Source: a virus
Taxonomy: Duplodnaviria > Caudoviricetes
Strand: one strand, 5' to 3'
Length of the DNA: 45,407 nucleotides
IMG/VR virus record: IMGVR_UViG_3300033489_000018
Span: 1 to 45,407 of that record
A program made the position numbers and the translations under genes. The notes below the pieces were generated by a model, which was given only the letters and a program-made list of their open reading frames with translations, was not told where the DNA came from and made no database searches. This document shows, in pieces, positions 19,331 to 29,091 of this stretch; within the stretch, counting starts at the first letter, position 1, and every line of letters starts with the position of its first letter.

Positions 19331-20272
19331 TTACGCGGACTCGGTGCCGAATAGCGCTGCTCTTTCTGCGATCAGGTTGGCAACGGCGCAGTTCCTTCCG
19401 AACTGTATGTTGCCTGGCGTACTGAAGGCGCCGGTTAGAGCGCCGGCGGCGTCGCTCAATACACCCATGAACAGGTCGTCAACCATGCCGCCAATACCAG
19501 CCATGCCGGTAATGGCCTGCTCGGATGCGGCCTTGTTGTTGCGCACGGTAAGCTCCTTTATCAGAATGTCCGTCGAAGCCGTGGTTAGGAACCGGATGGG
19601 TCCTACGGCAACCGCACTCGTTGCGCATACGATGACGTTGTCTTGCATCAAAAGACGATCTGCACCCACAAGCTGAAGCATGGTCGTGCATTCAGCAGCG
19701 GTAGCAGCGTAGAGACGGTTTCCAGCAAGGGTGAGATCATCGGCAGCCGCTGTCGTAGTAATTCCGATGGTCACTTTGTTGTTGGCATCCGTACCAGCCA
19801 TGATCCGGTTGCCGATCAACGAGCACCCCTCAGCCGAAATCGTGATTGGGGCCGCGACGTTAATCGTGCCAGTTCCCGGCTCTAGCTTTAGAATGCAGTT
19901 CTGGATAGATACGTTTGCCACGTTTAGAAGGACCGTCGACAAAGCCGTGGTCCAGGTAAAGATAGGCCTAGCGTTGCCCGTGCCGATACCAATGATGTTA
20001 GTTCCAGCAACGAGATCGCTCCACGAATCAGCGGCCGCGATGTTTTCGGCATGCTCGGGCAGAACGAATACGTAGTCACCGCCGCCAGAACGGCATCTCT
20101 TAAGTGCCGCATTAACGGTGGTGACGAGGTTGTTCTTCACGTAGCTATCGTCACCGCTTTTCACGCCACCGGATCTGACAAATGCCGCTACGTTTGCGGT
20201 GGGAGGGATAAGAATCCCAAACCGCGTAGCCAACACGCTTTGATAGTTTCTGGGCATGTTATTGATACCCAT
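19331..20272 (-). CDS. beta-helix virion protein following the major capsid gene
   Basis: TVNAALKRC..GDYVFVLPEHAE..IIGIG..RP pattern, related to 17728-18543. Confidence 0.65.
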   Translation of the reverse strand: MGINNMPRNYQSVLATRFGILIPPTANVAAFVRSGGVKSGDDSYVKNNLVTTVNAALKRCRSGGGDYVFVLPEHAENIAAADSWSDLVAGTNIIGIGTGNARPIFTWTTALSTVLLNVANVSIQNCILKLEPGTGTINVAAPITISAEGCSLIGNRIMAGTDANNKVTIGITTTAAADDLTLAGNRLYAATAAECTTMLQLVGADRLLMQDNVIVCATSAVAVGPIRFLTTASTDILIKELTVRNNKAASEQAITGMAGIGGMVDDLFMGVLSDAAGALTGAFSTPGNIQFGRNCAVANLIAERAALFGTESA

Positions 20273-20273
20273 G

Positions 20274-21185
20274 TTACGCCTCTACACAGTAGAAAGTGCG
20301 GTAATCAGCGCAACCGTCATCCCACCGAGCCGTGGAGCTGTACACCATGCACTCATGGGGCTCGTCGACATAGGTCTTGCCGCGTGGCTTGCGATTCCAA
20401 ACCTTGGTAGGCCGGTTATCGCAATCCGTCTGTACCGCCCACTGAGTAGCGGAGCTGTTCCACCACGGGGTGGCTACCGGGTCGCCTTCGATACCGAGAT
20501 GCGCCTTGGATACCACGTTGATCCCCTGGTACGTTTCGGGAGAGTCCGCGGAGCCCAAGATGCCCTTCCATACGGCCCACTGGTCAGCAGGACATACGAT
20601 GCGCTTCGCTTGGTATCCTTCGATCGTCCCGTCATGGCCGACCATCTTCATGAGGTCCGTAACCGCCGTGCTAAGCGCGGTGATTGACGGGCTCAACGGG
20701 GTAGACATAACGTTAGACGCTGTGCCGCCATTAGGCAGAATATGCGAGGCACTCCCCAGCGGAAGGCCATCTGCCAGAGGATAACTCGTATTGAACATCC
20801 GGTTAAGAATGTCATGCGCGGTAACCTCTACGGTTTTCCAGACGGCACGCTTATTGCGCCGCGCCAAGTCGATCACTTCCTTGTACTTGCAGTCCTCGAT
20901 CGCCTCTTCAGTGATGATCATCCGAAGCCCGTATTTATTGGGCATGAACCGGGTCATCGGACCTTGGAACATACCTGCCTCTGGCACCTCGGTACCTTCA
21001 GGAATCTGGTAAGCGTAACCAGGACCCGCATATTCTTGGTAATCCGAATACGCCCCGTCGATGGTTTCCTCTGCCATCCATTTGCGATAATACAGCCCGC
21101 TCTCAATCTTATCGGCCTTGTCGTCGATAATTCCATCGAGAGTTTTTTGTAGGGTTGCCGCGTTAGTAGATCTAAAAATAGTCAT
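20274..21185 (-). CDS. major capsid protein (HK97 fold)
   Basis: 303 aa; PEG..P, YGLRMIITEEAIED, DGLPLGSASH, final R..GCADYR; gene order. Confidence 0.85.
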   Translation of the reverse strand: MTIFRSTNAATLQKTLDGIIDDKADKIESGLYYRKWMAEETIDGAYSDYQEYAGPGYAYQIPEGTEVPEAGMFQGPMTRFMPNKYGLRMIITEEAIEDCKYKEVIDLARRNKRAVWKTVEVTAHDILNRMFNTSYPLADGLPLGSASHILPNGGTASNVMSTPLSPSITALSTAVTDLMKMVGHDGTIEGYQAKRIVCPADQWAVWKGILGSADSPETYQGINVVSKAHLGIEGDPVATPWWNSSATQWAVQTDCDNRPTKVWNRKPRGKTYVDEPHECMVYSSTARWDDGCADYRTFYCVEA

Positions 21186-21198
21186 GGTTCATTCCTCT

Positions 21199-21843
21199 CT
21201 ATATACCGGCAACAATCGATGCGGAAGCAGCCGAAGCAGCCTCGCCGATCTCGTTGAATTGTACGAGTAGTTTAACGTACGAGCCGGAGAAATCCCGGTT
21301 ATGAACGCTACCGCTAATCCCAACAATGCGGCAACCAAGCGTGGCGGTATTCGCATGGAGAGATATATCCAGCATTGGATCTGCTGAAGAGTTAGTCGTA
21401 TTACCGGGAACTACGAACTCAGTATTCTCGTGTACCAAAGCCTCGTAGGCCGCCTTGGTGGTAGCCGTAACCTTATCGTCACAATCGACTTCCCAGGTAT
21501 AGGCACTCGCTGGCCAGCACAAGACATAGCCCCTGCGGGATTCCACGGTGCCCCAAGTGGTTTGATTGGGATAGTGCTTGCCTATCTTCATCACCCCATC
21601 GCCCGCGCTCCAGTACTGAGCCACGCCAGCGCATACCCACGACACGATAGTCGTAGTCGGTGCGACGATAACTCCACCTGTACTAACGTACAGTAGCGGA
21701 TCGCCTGCGTTGATATTTACGCTACCGGCCGCTGAGACATCGTTTTGCCCACTGGCTACGGACATCCGTACCGGTGGAACGAGCTTGGCGCCAGAGCGCA
21801 CGGCGTACGGTCGAAAGCCGTACAGATGCACATTATCAGCCAT
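21199..21843 (-). CDS. capsid decoration/cement protein
   Basis: MADN..YGFRP..I.AGDP pattern typical of the gene preceding this capsid type. Confidence 0.6.
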   Translation of the reverse strand: MADNVHLYGFRPYAVRSGAKLVPPVRMSVASGQNDVSAAGSVNINAGDPLLYVSTGGVIVAPTTTIVSWVCAGVAQYWSAGDGVMKIGKHYPNQTTWGTVESRRGYVLCWPASAYTWEVDCDDKVTATTKAAYEALVHENTEFVVPGNTTNSSADPMLDISLHANTATLGCRIVGISGSVHNRDFSGSYVKLLVQFNEIGEAASAASASIVAGI

Positions 21844-21845
21844 TG

Positions 21846-22319
21846 TTATTCTCCTCCATCAAGTGTTCCTACTGGCGGAGGGATGCGGACTTCGTGCTCT
21901 TCGATACGAATTCCCCGCCCCCCCGCGCGAATAGCTCTACTATCGGCGTCTTTGCGAGCACGCATACTATTGCGGATATTATCCAGCGTTTGCTGTCGAT
22001 CCGCCTGTTGCCGCGCGTACTCGTCTTTGGGTATGGACATGATGACGTTACCTCGCCAGGTAAGCGGGTCGCCATCCTTACATGTGATGCCTGTGGTAAG
22101 ATTCGGGCCGTCTTGGCGAGATTTCTCTATCTGATATCCTTCAGAGAAATACCTCTCAAGCGCCGTTTCGTCTTTGGCAAAGACCCCAACGTATCGACGC
22201 GTCGGATCTCCACCTACGATCTTGCCGCCGAAAGCCGTACCAGTAACATCCCTGGAAGTAGGCGGGTCTTTTCTTAAAACACTAGTCGGTTTCTTACGAA
22301 ATCCTCCGTAATCGGCCAT
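21846..22319 (-). CDS. conserved head-module hypothetical protein
   Basis: First gene behind the promoter at 22446-22474; EGY..VIMSIPK pattern. Confidence 0.65.
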   Translation of the reverse strand: MADYGGFRKKPTSVLRKDPPTSRDVTGTAFGGKIVGGDPTRRYVGVFAKDETALERYFSEGYQIEKSRQDGPNLTTGITCKDGDPLTWRGNVIMSIPKDEYARQQADRQQTLDNIRNSMRARKDADSRAIRAGGRGIRIEEHEVRIPPPVGTLDGGE

Positions 22320-22445
22320 AAAACTTCATCCTTCTACATTCAGCGCCTAGTAGAAAGGCTCTCCCTGAAGTTTCGGGCCGACTTTAGGAGGTCTGCGACC
22401 GATCTGGCATGGTACTCGTCTGCTCAGTACGATAGCCGTAGAACT

Positions 22446-22474
22446 ACACTAGCACGGCTATTTTACCTTGTCAA
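22446..22474 (-). promoter_or_regulatory. sigma70-type promoter of the capsid operon
   Basis: Minus strand TTGACA-17 nt-TAGTGT. Confidence 0.65.
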
Positions 22475-22580
22475 CTAAATATTAGGTAGTGTATCAGTTT
22501 GCGGTGCATTACATCGATTAAAAGACGATGGGAAAATTAAAAAGGTTGGCAGGGGGGCATATCGGCTAAGCACTTAAAAC

Positions 22581-22612
22581 AAAAACGCTTGGATTGGCGT
22601 CCAAGCGTTTTT
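22581..22612. terminator. intrinsic (possibly bidirectional) terminator
   Basis: aaaaacgcttgga-ttggcg-tccaagcgttttt perfect stem with A/T tails. Confidence 0.75.
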
Positions 22613-22637
22613 ACCAGGTGACCTGGTATAAAGGCCT

Positions 22638-22664
22638 TACAAGCTCTACAAGCTCTACAAGCTC
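22638..22664. repeat. 3x tandem tacaagctc
   Basis: Seen directly. Confidence 0.9.
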
Positions 22665-22847
22665 TTTATACCACCGATACGATCACCTCGCAACCAATTC
22701 GCGTTTATGTATCGGAACCGCAGCGACGTCTTTATGTTCTGGGGATAAAGGCATGCATACTACGATAGGCCACATGCCCTCCCACATCAAAAAACTGGTC
22801 AGTCATCTCAAACTCCCTAAAAATCCAAACTGATACACTACCAAATA

Positions 22848-23075
22848 TTAATGCGGCAACGGTATAACGGCGCTTTCGGTGCCCCACATTATGACAAGCG
22901 TAAGCGGAACTAATACAATGTTTTCGCCTACTTGTACCACTAGTTGTCCGCCTGCTTTGTCTACAGTTATTTTCGCGTTGGCAGGCACGCATTCTTTGCT
23001 AATGCAAACCAACGGATCGCGTGACCACGGAACCGGAATGGGGTAGATGGGTATGAACTGGTTAACGTTTATCAT
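22848..23075 (-). CDS. hypothetical protein
   Basis: Overlaps the stop of the scaffold gene; same strand as the operon. Confidence 0.55.
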   Translation of the reverse strand: MINVNQFIPIYPIPVPWSRDPLVCISKECVPANAKITVDKAGGQLVVQVGENIVLVPLTLVIMWGTESAVIPLPH

Positions 23076-23994
23076 TCAGCACGTTCTTTCTAAATGCCTT
23101 GAAAGCTAATTCCTCATCGCCTAGGTATGAGTAGGCAGCACGAGCCATGATCTTCTCTTCTTTCGTAAGCGAAGCGTCGGTTCGTCGCGGGGTGTTCCCG
23201 CCATAGTCGTTGCCAAAACCAGAGAGCCGCTGCTTAGAGCCAGCGGAGTCCGTAGGCGTCCTGGGTTGCATCTTAAAAGCCACCCGAGCCTCGTCCATGA
23301 CCGTATCCACCATGGACATAACTTCTTGCGCGTTCATCTCGTTAGGGGCTTTTTTTAGCGTTGCCATTTTCGTTTGGAACCTACCGTTGGCGTATTGTAG
23401 CGCGCGCTGATCCGACACCACATCGAAATGCTTTTGTCGGATGAACTCCAAACCCGGATTCTGTGAAGTCGCTGGAGCAGTGGCGTTAGGCGCAGACTCC
23501 CTGTTATTCAGCGCATGCTTCTTTGCGCGTAGCTCGAACTGTCTATCGTCCAGGTCGCTTGACTCTTTCAGATATCTCGCGTTATCGGTTTCCGACAGTT
23601 TACCGCTTTGGGCAAGCGCGTTGTATGACTGCAATAGCGTAATCTTCTTCTGGTAGGTATCGCCGATCTCTTTATCAATGCCGCCGGTAGCACTCTCTTC
23701 GAAACGTGACTTAGCCTGTCGCTCCACCTCGGCATATCGCTGCTCGGCCTGTAAGGCGCGAATCTCAGCCATGTGAGCGCGTTCTTCTGCTATCTTACGA
23801 CTAGAGCGCTCTTCCTGTAGGAATTCGTCGTATCGACGCTGCTTTTTCTCTCTACGCGATAACTTGTCCGGGTCCGGATCGGCAGGAGTAGAGTCGTCAG
23901 AATCATCGTCGACAGAAGCCGGTATACCTTCCAACTCTTCCAGCGGCTTCACGTCTTCATCACTGAATCCAGGAGTGTTTAGGTTGATAGACAT
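23062..23994 (-). CDS. capsid scaffolding protein
   Basis: Acidic N-terminus, long coiled coil, C-terminal LTKEEKIMAR helix; between portal and capsid. Confidence 0.7.
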   Translation of the reverse strand: MSINLNTPGFSDEDVKPLEELEGIPASVDDDSDDSTPADPDPDKLSRREKKQRRYDEFLQEERSSRKIAEERAHMAEIRALQAEQRYAEVERQAKSRFEESATGGIDKEIGDTYQKKITLLQSYNALAQSGKLSETDNARYLKESSDLDDRQFELRAKKHALNNRESAPNATAPATSQNPGLEFIRQKHFDVVSDQRALQYANGRFQTKMATLKKAPNEMNAQEVMSMVDTVMDEARVAFKMQPRTPTDSAGSKQRLSGFGNDYGGNTPRRTDASLTKEEKIMARAAYSYLGDEELAFKAFRKNVLNDKR

Positions 23995-23995
23995 C

Positions 23996-24574
23996 TTATA
24001 AATCCTCTGCTATAAAAGGAACCGTGGGGTCCCATGTTTTCCCATTCTCATCAACGTACATGTGCTCGCGGCGCACATTGCCTTTGTCATCCGTTGTTTC
24101 GATACATTTGATACTACAAACGCCTTTACGAAGCGCGGTCATGGTATCCATGCTGTCTATTATATCGCCAGCTCGCAATACCACTAACGATATCGGATGG
24201 CCGTCTATACTGCCACGGTCTGAAGTATAAAACGCCAGCTGCACGAAATGAACCAAGTGACCGAAGTCCATCCCATTGCTACGAAGAATGTCCAGCCCTG
24301 CCAGCCCAATGCCTACGATAACGCCTATTGCCGCCGTTTTCGATTCTCGTAGCGCAACACTCTGCGGCTTTACTATACTGGTATCGCCATAGGTCTCTGT
24401 CTGTCCTGGCAATACCTGCCAGACGTGTACTCGGTCAAACGCCGAAGCCGTCTCGAAGGCTGGATCGGGTATAGCGTATTCCCACCTTCTTTTTTCCAGC
24501 AAAGGCGGCAGTCCCAAGGACCCCCTCTTCGCCATTTTAGCACGCATATCCTGCGCGAACTTGTTATTCAGCAT
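23996..24574 (-). CDS. GroES-like co-chaperonin
   Basis: FDRVHV..TYG.TSIVKP..GVIVGIG..G.LVHF..VLRAGDII matches the GroES pattern. Confidence 0.65.
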   Translation of the reverse strand: MLNNKFAQDMRAKMAKRGSLGLPPLLEKRRWEYAIPDPAFETASAFDRVHVWQVLPGQTETYGDTSIVKPQSVALRESKTAAIGVIVGIGLAGLDILRSNGMDFGHLVHFVQLAFYTSDRGSIDGHPISLVVLRAGDIIDSMDTMTALRKGVCSIKCIETTDDKGNVRREHMYVDENGKTWDPTVPFIAEDL

Positions 24575-24797
24575 CTTTACCCGTACCTTTCAGATCAGCG
24601 TATGCATCGGAATATGTCTTCCACTGACTATAATAAAAAGCCACCTTGGGATCGATGGTATCATGGCAAGCTCTTTTGAGAGCCGTAAATGCAGCGTTGG
24701 CCCTTTTACACATTTCGGCCAGGTGTCGCTGTGTTTGCGGCAATTCAAGCCACAAAGCTTGCTCGTATTGCCGTTCGTCTTTTTCAGTCGCTTTCAT
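24564..24797 (-). CDS. hypothetical protein
   Basis: Fills the gap between portal and GroES-like genes. Confidence 0.65.
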   Translation of the reverse strand: MKATEKDERQYEQALWLELPQTQRHLAEMCKRANAAFTALKRACHDTIDPKVAFYYSQWKTYSDAYADLKGTGKDAE

Positions 24798-24800
24798 GGT

Positions 24801-26873
24801 TCACATCCCGGGTGATGCCACGGGCCCCGTTGGCGGCGGAGGCACGGGAGGCTGGATCGCCGGAGACGTCGGTGGAGGCGGCTCGGGACCAAGAAACGCG
24901 ACCAGATCATTCTTTCCCATCGCTACCAGGTATTCCTTGATCGCCTTATAAATAAAGGATGGATTAGCCTGTAGCTGTGGAACTTGGAGCGCCATTTGCA
25001 AGATTTTCTCAGCGTCCATGATCTTCTGCGCCGTCGATGTGTATTTCATATCGGAACTAATTCTAACGCTATAGTCCCTCTGGTAAAGCTTCTTGTCGAT
25101 TGTGTACTGCGTCTGTCCAGCCATGTGGTTATTTACCATGAATATCTCTTCGTCATCCATGAAGTAACTATTGAGCCGGGCGTTATTCCGCCCTAGTTGC
25201 TCTACGAACCACGCGAATTGCCTGGTACTTACCGAGAGCAGCTTTGTGGCCTGTTCGAGCCTGGTGTTTTGACCGCGCCATGTCTCTCCACTCTTGCCCG
25301 GCTCTCCCGACAGAACGTCGGGAGACTGGATAGACGCCTCACCCTTAGCGAGAAGCATGTCGATTAGCTCGCGAAGCTGAGGGTTCGCTTGCCCCGGATT
25401 CATACGCATGATATGCTCACTAATTGGCTGGCCAGATAGGCCCGACACCTGGTTGATTACCATGGGGCCGATTTTATACCCGTTCTTAAAACTCACCTCA
25501 TCGGTAGTCAGCAAGGGATTGCAATTCCCTAGACTTGCCGAGTCGATATATTGAGTCAGCAGTTGGTTAGCGGCGATGTTATAAGGCGCGACGATGCTAC
25601 CGTAGCCAATCCCATATACTCCGCTCAGCGATTCTATGCATACCTGATGCGAAAACATGTGAACCGGCTCGGTCTTCTTCGGTACTGGAGTTTCTTCGTC
25701 GTCATCTGGGTTCTTCATCCATGCCGGAGCAACGGGAGGCAGCGTGTTGGGAGAGGTAGCATCCATTATGTCCAGCACACTAGATTCCGGATTTCGCTGT
25801 ATATCCTGCTTTTGCTGCAACAGCATGTCCATCGACAGGTTATACTCGCGCTTCGCCTGCCTATAGTTCGCAAGCTCATCGTTTTGCATGTCGTAACGAA
25901 TTACCTCGTCCCATGGCACTTCTTCGAATATGGATAGCTGCATGATCGTGCCAGTGGAGTTGTCTACAAACGCTTGGATAAATCTCTGTCGGTTCTGTTT
26001 CGGTAGCTTCTTCCACCCTTCATACTGCAAGATGGTATGTGGCGCCTTGGTGATCTCATCAATTGCAATCCCGATGTTTTTGGCGTTTTCCCGCGCCATT
26101 TCTAGCTCGGGCTCGCCTATCCATGACGGGCTCTTTCGGTCGATCACGTCGTCAATGCCGTACCAAATACCGCGCATGGCCTCAAGAGAATGGACATACA
26201 TGCGAATCAGCTTTATCCGATAAGGGCAGTCCGACAAATCCGGCATGGTAGATACGGCCGCGAACGGAATTATGAAGTCATCCATGGTGAGTATTTCATG
26301 GCGATTCGACCTCCGCTTGGGGTCCCAATACGAATCAGCCATGACATCGCCAAACAGGTAGAAGTGCAACAATCCGCGTTGCATTTGCCGGGGGAAATCT
26401 TGAATCTTATACACAATTTGCCAATTCTGATGTAGCGATATCAGCTCGGCCTTTTCCACGTCATCGGGACCCAACGGAACCGCTGCAAACACGGATGACC
26501 AATCTCCGAATAACTCCGCACAAGCACGGCTTTGTAAACGCGATACGCTCTCCAGCAATACGGTTAGCCCTACCCTTGCCATATCCTCATACTCTTTTTT
26601 GCGCTTCGGGATTTTCCCTGTGAACAAATCCCATTGAGTCTTTCTCTTCTCGCGCATTTCATCGCAAGAACTCCAAGCTTCATCCCGATCGGACAGGATC
26701 TCGTTAGACAGCTCCTTTAGAAACGCTTTCCCCTCTTCATGCTCCATGAACACGGGAACCAGGTTGGGCTCTTCGTCTGAATATTCCAACTCCGCTACCT
26801 GGCCATCATCATTCGAGATATCCGTATCCGTAGCTATCGTCGTTCTTTTTTCCATCGTCTTCCTCTCTACCAA
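24801..26873 (-). CDS. portal protein
   Basis: ~690 aa after the terminase; YGIGYG motif, Pro-rich tail; start may be the ATG near 26855. Confidence 0.85.
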   Translation of the reverse strand: MVERKTMEKRTTIATDTDISNDDGQVAELEYSDEEPNLVPVFMEHEEGKAFLKELSNEILSDRDEAWSSCDEMREKRKTQWDLFTGKIPKRKKEYEDMARVGLTVLLESVSRLQSRACAELFGDWSSVFAAVPLGPDDVEKAELISLHQNWQIVYKIQDFPRQMQRGLLHFYLFGDVMADSYWDPKRRSNRHEILTMDDFIIPFAAVSTMPDLSDCPYRIKLIRMYVHSLEAMRGIWYGIDDVIDRKSPSWIGEPELEMARENAKNIGIAIDEITKAPHTILQYEGWKKLPKQNRQRFIQAFVDNSTGTIMQLSIFEEVPWDEVIRYDMQNDELANYRQAKREYNLSMDMLLQQKQDIQRNPESSVLDIMDATSPNTLPPVAPAWMKNPDDDEETPVPKKTEPVHMFSHQVCIESLSGVYGIGYGSIVAPYNIAANQLLTQYIDSASLGNCNPLLTTDEVSFKNGYKIGPMVINQVSGLSGQPISEHIMRMNPGQANPQLRELIDMLLAKGEASIQSPDVLSGEPGKSGETWRGQNTRLEQATKLLSVSTRQFAWFVEQLGRNNARLNSYFMDDEEIFMVNNHMAGQTQYTIDKKLYQRDYSVRISSDMKYTSTAQKIMDAEKILQMALQVPQLQANPSFIYKAIKEYLVAMGKNDLVAFLGPEPPPPTSPAIQPPVPPPPTGPVASPGM

Positions 26874-28320
26874 TTCCCTGAGCCTCGCTCAGGCTAAGAC
26901 CAACGTTTCCTTTTGATGCGTACGCACACGCGTACAGTACGTTATCGTGCCAGTGGTCCTCTCCGCCATGTGCCGGTTTATCGATGTCATCCGGATCAGT
27001 ACGTATCGAAGGTATAGTCATGATGGTTTTCTGGCACGTATTGAATACCATATATCCAGGAAGCCTACCATCTCTGCTATGGTCTGTCAGCCTGGCCATA
27101 AACAGCTCCGCGTTGCGTTTGGAAGATTTCTTGTTTGCGGGTACCCACGCCACCCCGCGTTTGGCCATAGCCGCGGCCTTCGAGTAAGATCGATCGCCGC
27201 GTTCTTCCCATAGCTGGGTATCAGCGGGTCCAGTTAGCAAAGACCGTCCGTTTTTGACAAAACCCATCTTTCGCTCGATATCCTTGATCTTGTCGGCCAC
27301 TTCCACATCTAACTTCAGCACGAACGTAAGCTCATAAACCTGGTACATATTCCCATCGTGGTCCAAGGCGTACCAATGCACACAGCCGGGTGTCTTGTGT
27401 CCCCAGTCCATAGCGCGAAACAGCCGGTAGTCTCTGGGCAAATTGAATGGTTCGATAACATGAATCGATGGGTTCCAGGCGTCAGAATAAAAACTTCCCG
27501 CCGTAACGTACCAGTCGCCGTATAGCCTTGATCTTACGATGTATTGAGGCTTGAACAGTAGCTCTGCCTCATAATCCTTCACGAACTGCTTGTCTGGATT
27601 ATCGTACAGTGTCGCAGGTAGGTATATCTTAGTACGCTTTATCAGCTCGCCGTCTTTGTTTCTTTTAACGCTAGTTAGAATCTTTCGCCCCGCTGGGAAA
27701 GGATCTACGAATCGGCGGCGTACCCATAACGGATCGGTCCTAATCCCCGAGTCCAGATTGTTGGCAATCACCGGATTCGACATGGAGCGTATTTTGAACA
27801 TCAGCCGCAATACCGGGTCTGATACGCGCTTCCGGCTCGTGATCAAGTCGTATTGCTCTTCCAGGATTTCCACCAACTCATCGAATGCGATGTGGGTATA
27901 CTGTTGGGAATCGTATGAATGCCAGTCTCCGGGATTGCGAACGTGACCAAACTGATACCGATACCCGGAAGGGAAGGTATAGAGGAGATGCTTCTGGTGG
28001 AACTTGACGCGCGGCTCGATAGCCTTGAACAGTATATCCGCTCTAGCAAGCGTCTGTAACAGACGGGGTTCTGTACGCCGAATGTGCAGTGCCCACCCAG
28101 CGGATTGGCCCCATTTTATATGGTGTGGATGTTCCGGATTGGCGCAACGCTCATTCTCAACAGCAATCTGTAGAAACGGGTCCATCGTTAAGCACAGGCT
28201 TTTACCGGGACCGGCCGCCCCGGCTCCTAAGGCTTCGTCTACTTTCAAATTATGGTACATCATGCCCCATGGCGAGGGGGTGTAGATGGCTGGATCTACT
28301 GGGAAGGTGTTACGAGACAC
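26809..28320 (-). CDS. terL: terminase large subunit
   Basis: GAGAAGPGKS Walker A, IAFDE Walker B, SNP, DNP, RAMDWG nuclease motif, EDHWHD. Confidence 0.93.
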   Translation of the reverse strand: MSRNTFPVDPAIYTPSPWGMMYHNLKVDEALGAGAAGPGKSLCLTMDPFLQIAVENERCANPEHPHHIKWGQSAGWALHIRRTEPRLLQTLARADILFKAIEPRVKFHQKHLLYTFPSGYRYQFGHVRNPGDWHSYDSQQYTHIAFDELVEILEEQYDLITSRKRVSDPVLRLMFKIRSMSNPVIANNLDSGIRTDPLWVRRRFVDPFPAGRKILTSVKRNKDGELIKRTKIYLPATLYDNPDKQFVKDYEAELLFKPQYIVRSRLYGDWYVTAGSFYSDAWNPSIHVIEPFNLPRDYRLFRAMDWGHKTPGCVHWYALDHDGNMYQVYELTFVLKLDVEVADKIKDIERKMGFVKNGRSLLTGPADTQLWEERGDRSYSKAAAMAKRGVAWVPANKKSSKRNAELFMARLTDHSRDGRLPGYMVFNTCQKTIMTIPSIRTDPDDIDKPAHGGEDHWHDNVLYACAYASKGNVGLSLSEAQGIGREEDDGKKNDDSYGYGYLE

Positions 28321-28711
28321 AACTTATCCAGTTGCTCCCGTCTGCTATCAGCAGGTATCCCTTGCTGTTGGTCATGCTGATGCCTGTTGCGCCGTCAACG
28401 GTGCATCCTGAAGGCGCGCTAAGTAAATGCGCAACGGATGTTTTGTTTACAACGATGATCGCACGTGGGTTCTGATTGGCGTCAGGAAGCACTATCACCG
28501 CACCAGAGGGAGTGGTCGATAGCATTACAACGATCCAATCCGTAGACAGACAGGTGTAAGCGGTATTTACCAGGGTTACGTCACCGAACATGCCGTTAAG
28601 CAGCCGGCGGACTTCCGATAATACCGGTAGAATCTCCTTCGCTACCACGCCCACAACGTTACTCGGAGACACGGTTGCGCCAGACAGGCTTTTGGTTACT
28701 CTTCTTTCCAT
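28310..28711 (-). CDS. small fibre-like beta-domain protein
   Basis: TAYT...D..V.....VLPDA..TVDG..L.ADGSNW pattern of phage fibre domains. Confidence 0.55.
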   Translation of the reverse strand: MERRVTKSLSGATVSPSNVVGVVAKEILPVLSEVRRLLNGMFGDVTLVNTAYTCLSTDWIVVMLSTTPSGAVIVLPDANQNPRAIIVVNKTSVAHLLSAPSGCTVDGATGISMTNSKGYLLIADGSNWISCVS

Positions 28712-29091
28712 AATAGCTCCAAAGCTTTCATAATCGATTCGAACAGCTCTATTCTGACTTGTTTATATTCCGGATGCTCGCCAGCGAACGTAGTTACGCC
28801 CGACTCTATCCACCGGCGTTTCTTTTCTTTCTCAATCCCTTCCCATGACTCGTGGGTACGTCGCATTCCCAACAAAGACATAAGCGCCGTGTCCGCTGTA
28901 AATGCGATTCGAACCATGAGCGCCTTCGGGTATTTTCTCAATGTCGCATCGTCGTTATCGATCTTCCAAATCACGTCCGAGAATGGTACCCGCTGCTTTA
29001 TACCATCTAGGCGTTTGAACTCCACGTATCGGATTCCCTCTATCTCAATCAATTCTCCATCGGTACCGTTATGGATATTTACGCACTTCAT
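28696..29091 (-). CDS. hypothetical protein
   Basis: Coupled ORF in the operon. Confidence 0.65.
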   Translation of the reverse strand: MKCVNIHNGTDGELIEIEGIRYVEFKRLDGIKQRVPFSDVIWKIDNDDATLRKYPKALMVRIAFTADTALMSLLGMRRTHESWEGIEKEKKRRWIESGVTTFAGEHPEYKQVRIELFESIMKALELLWKEE

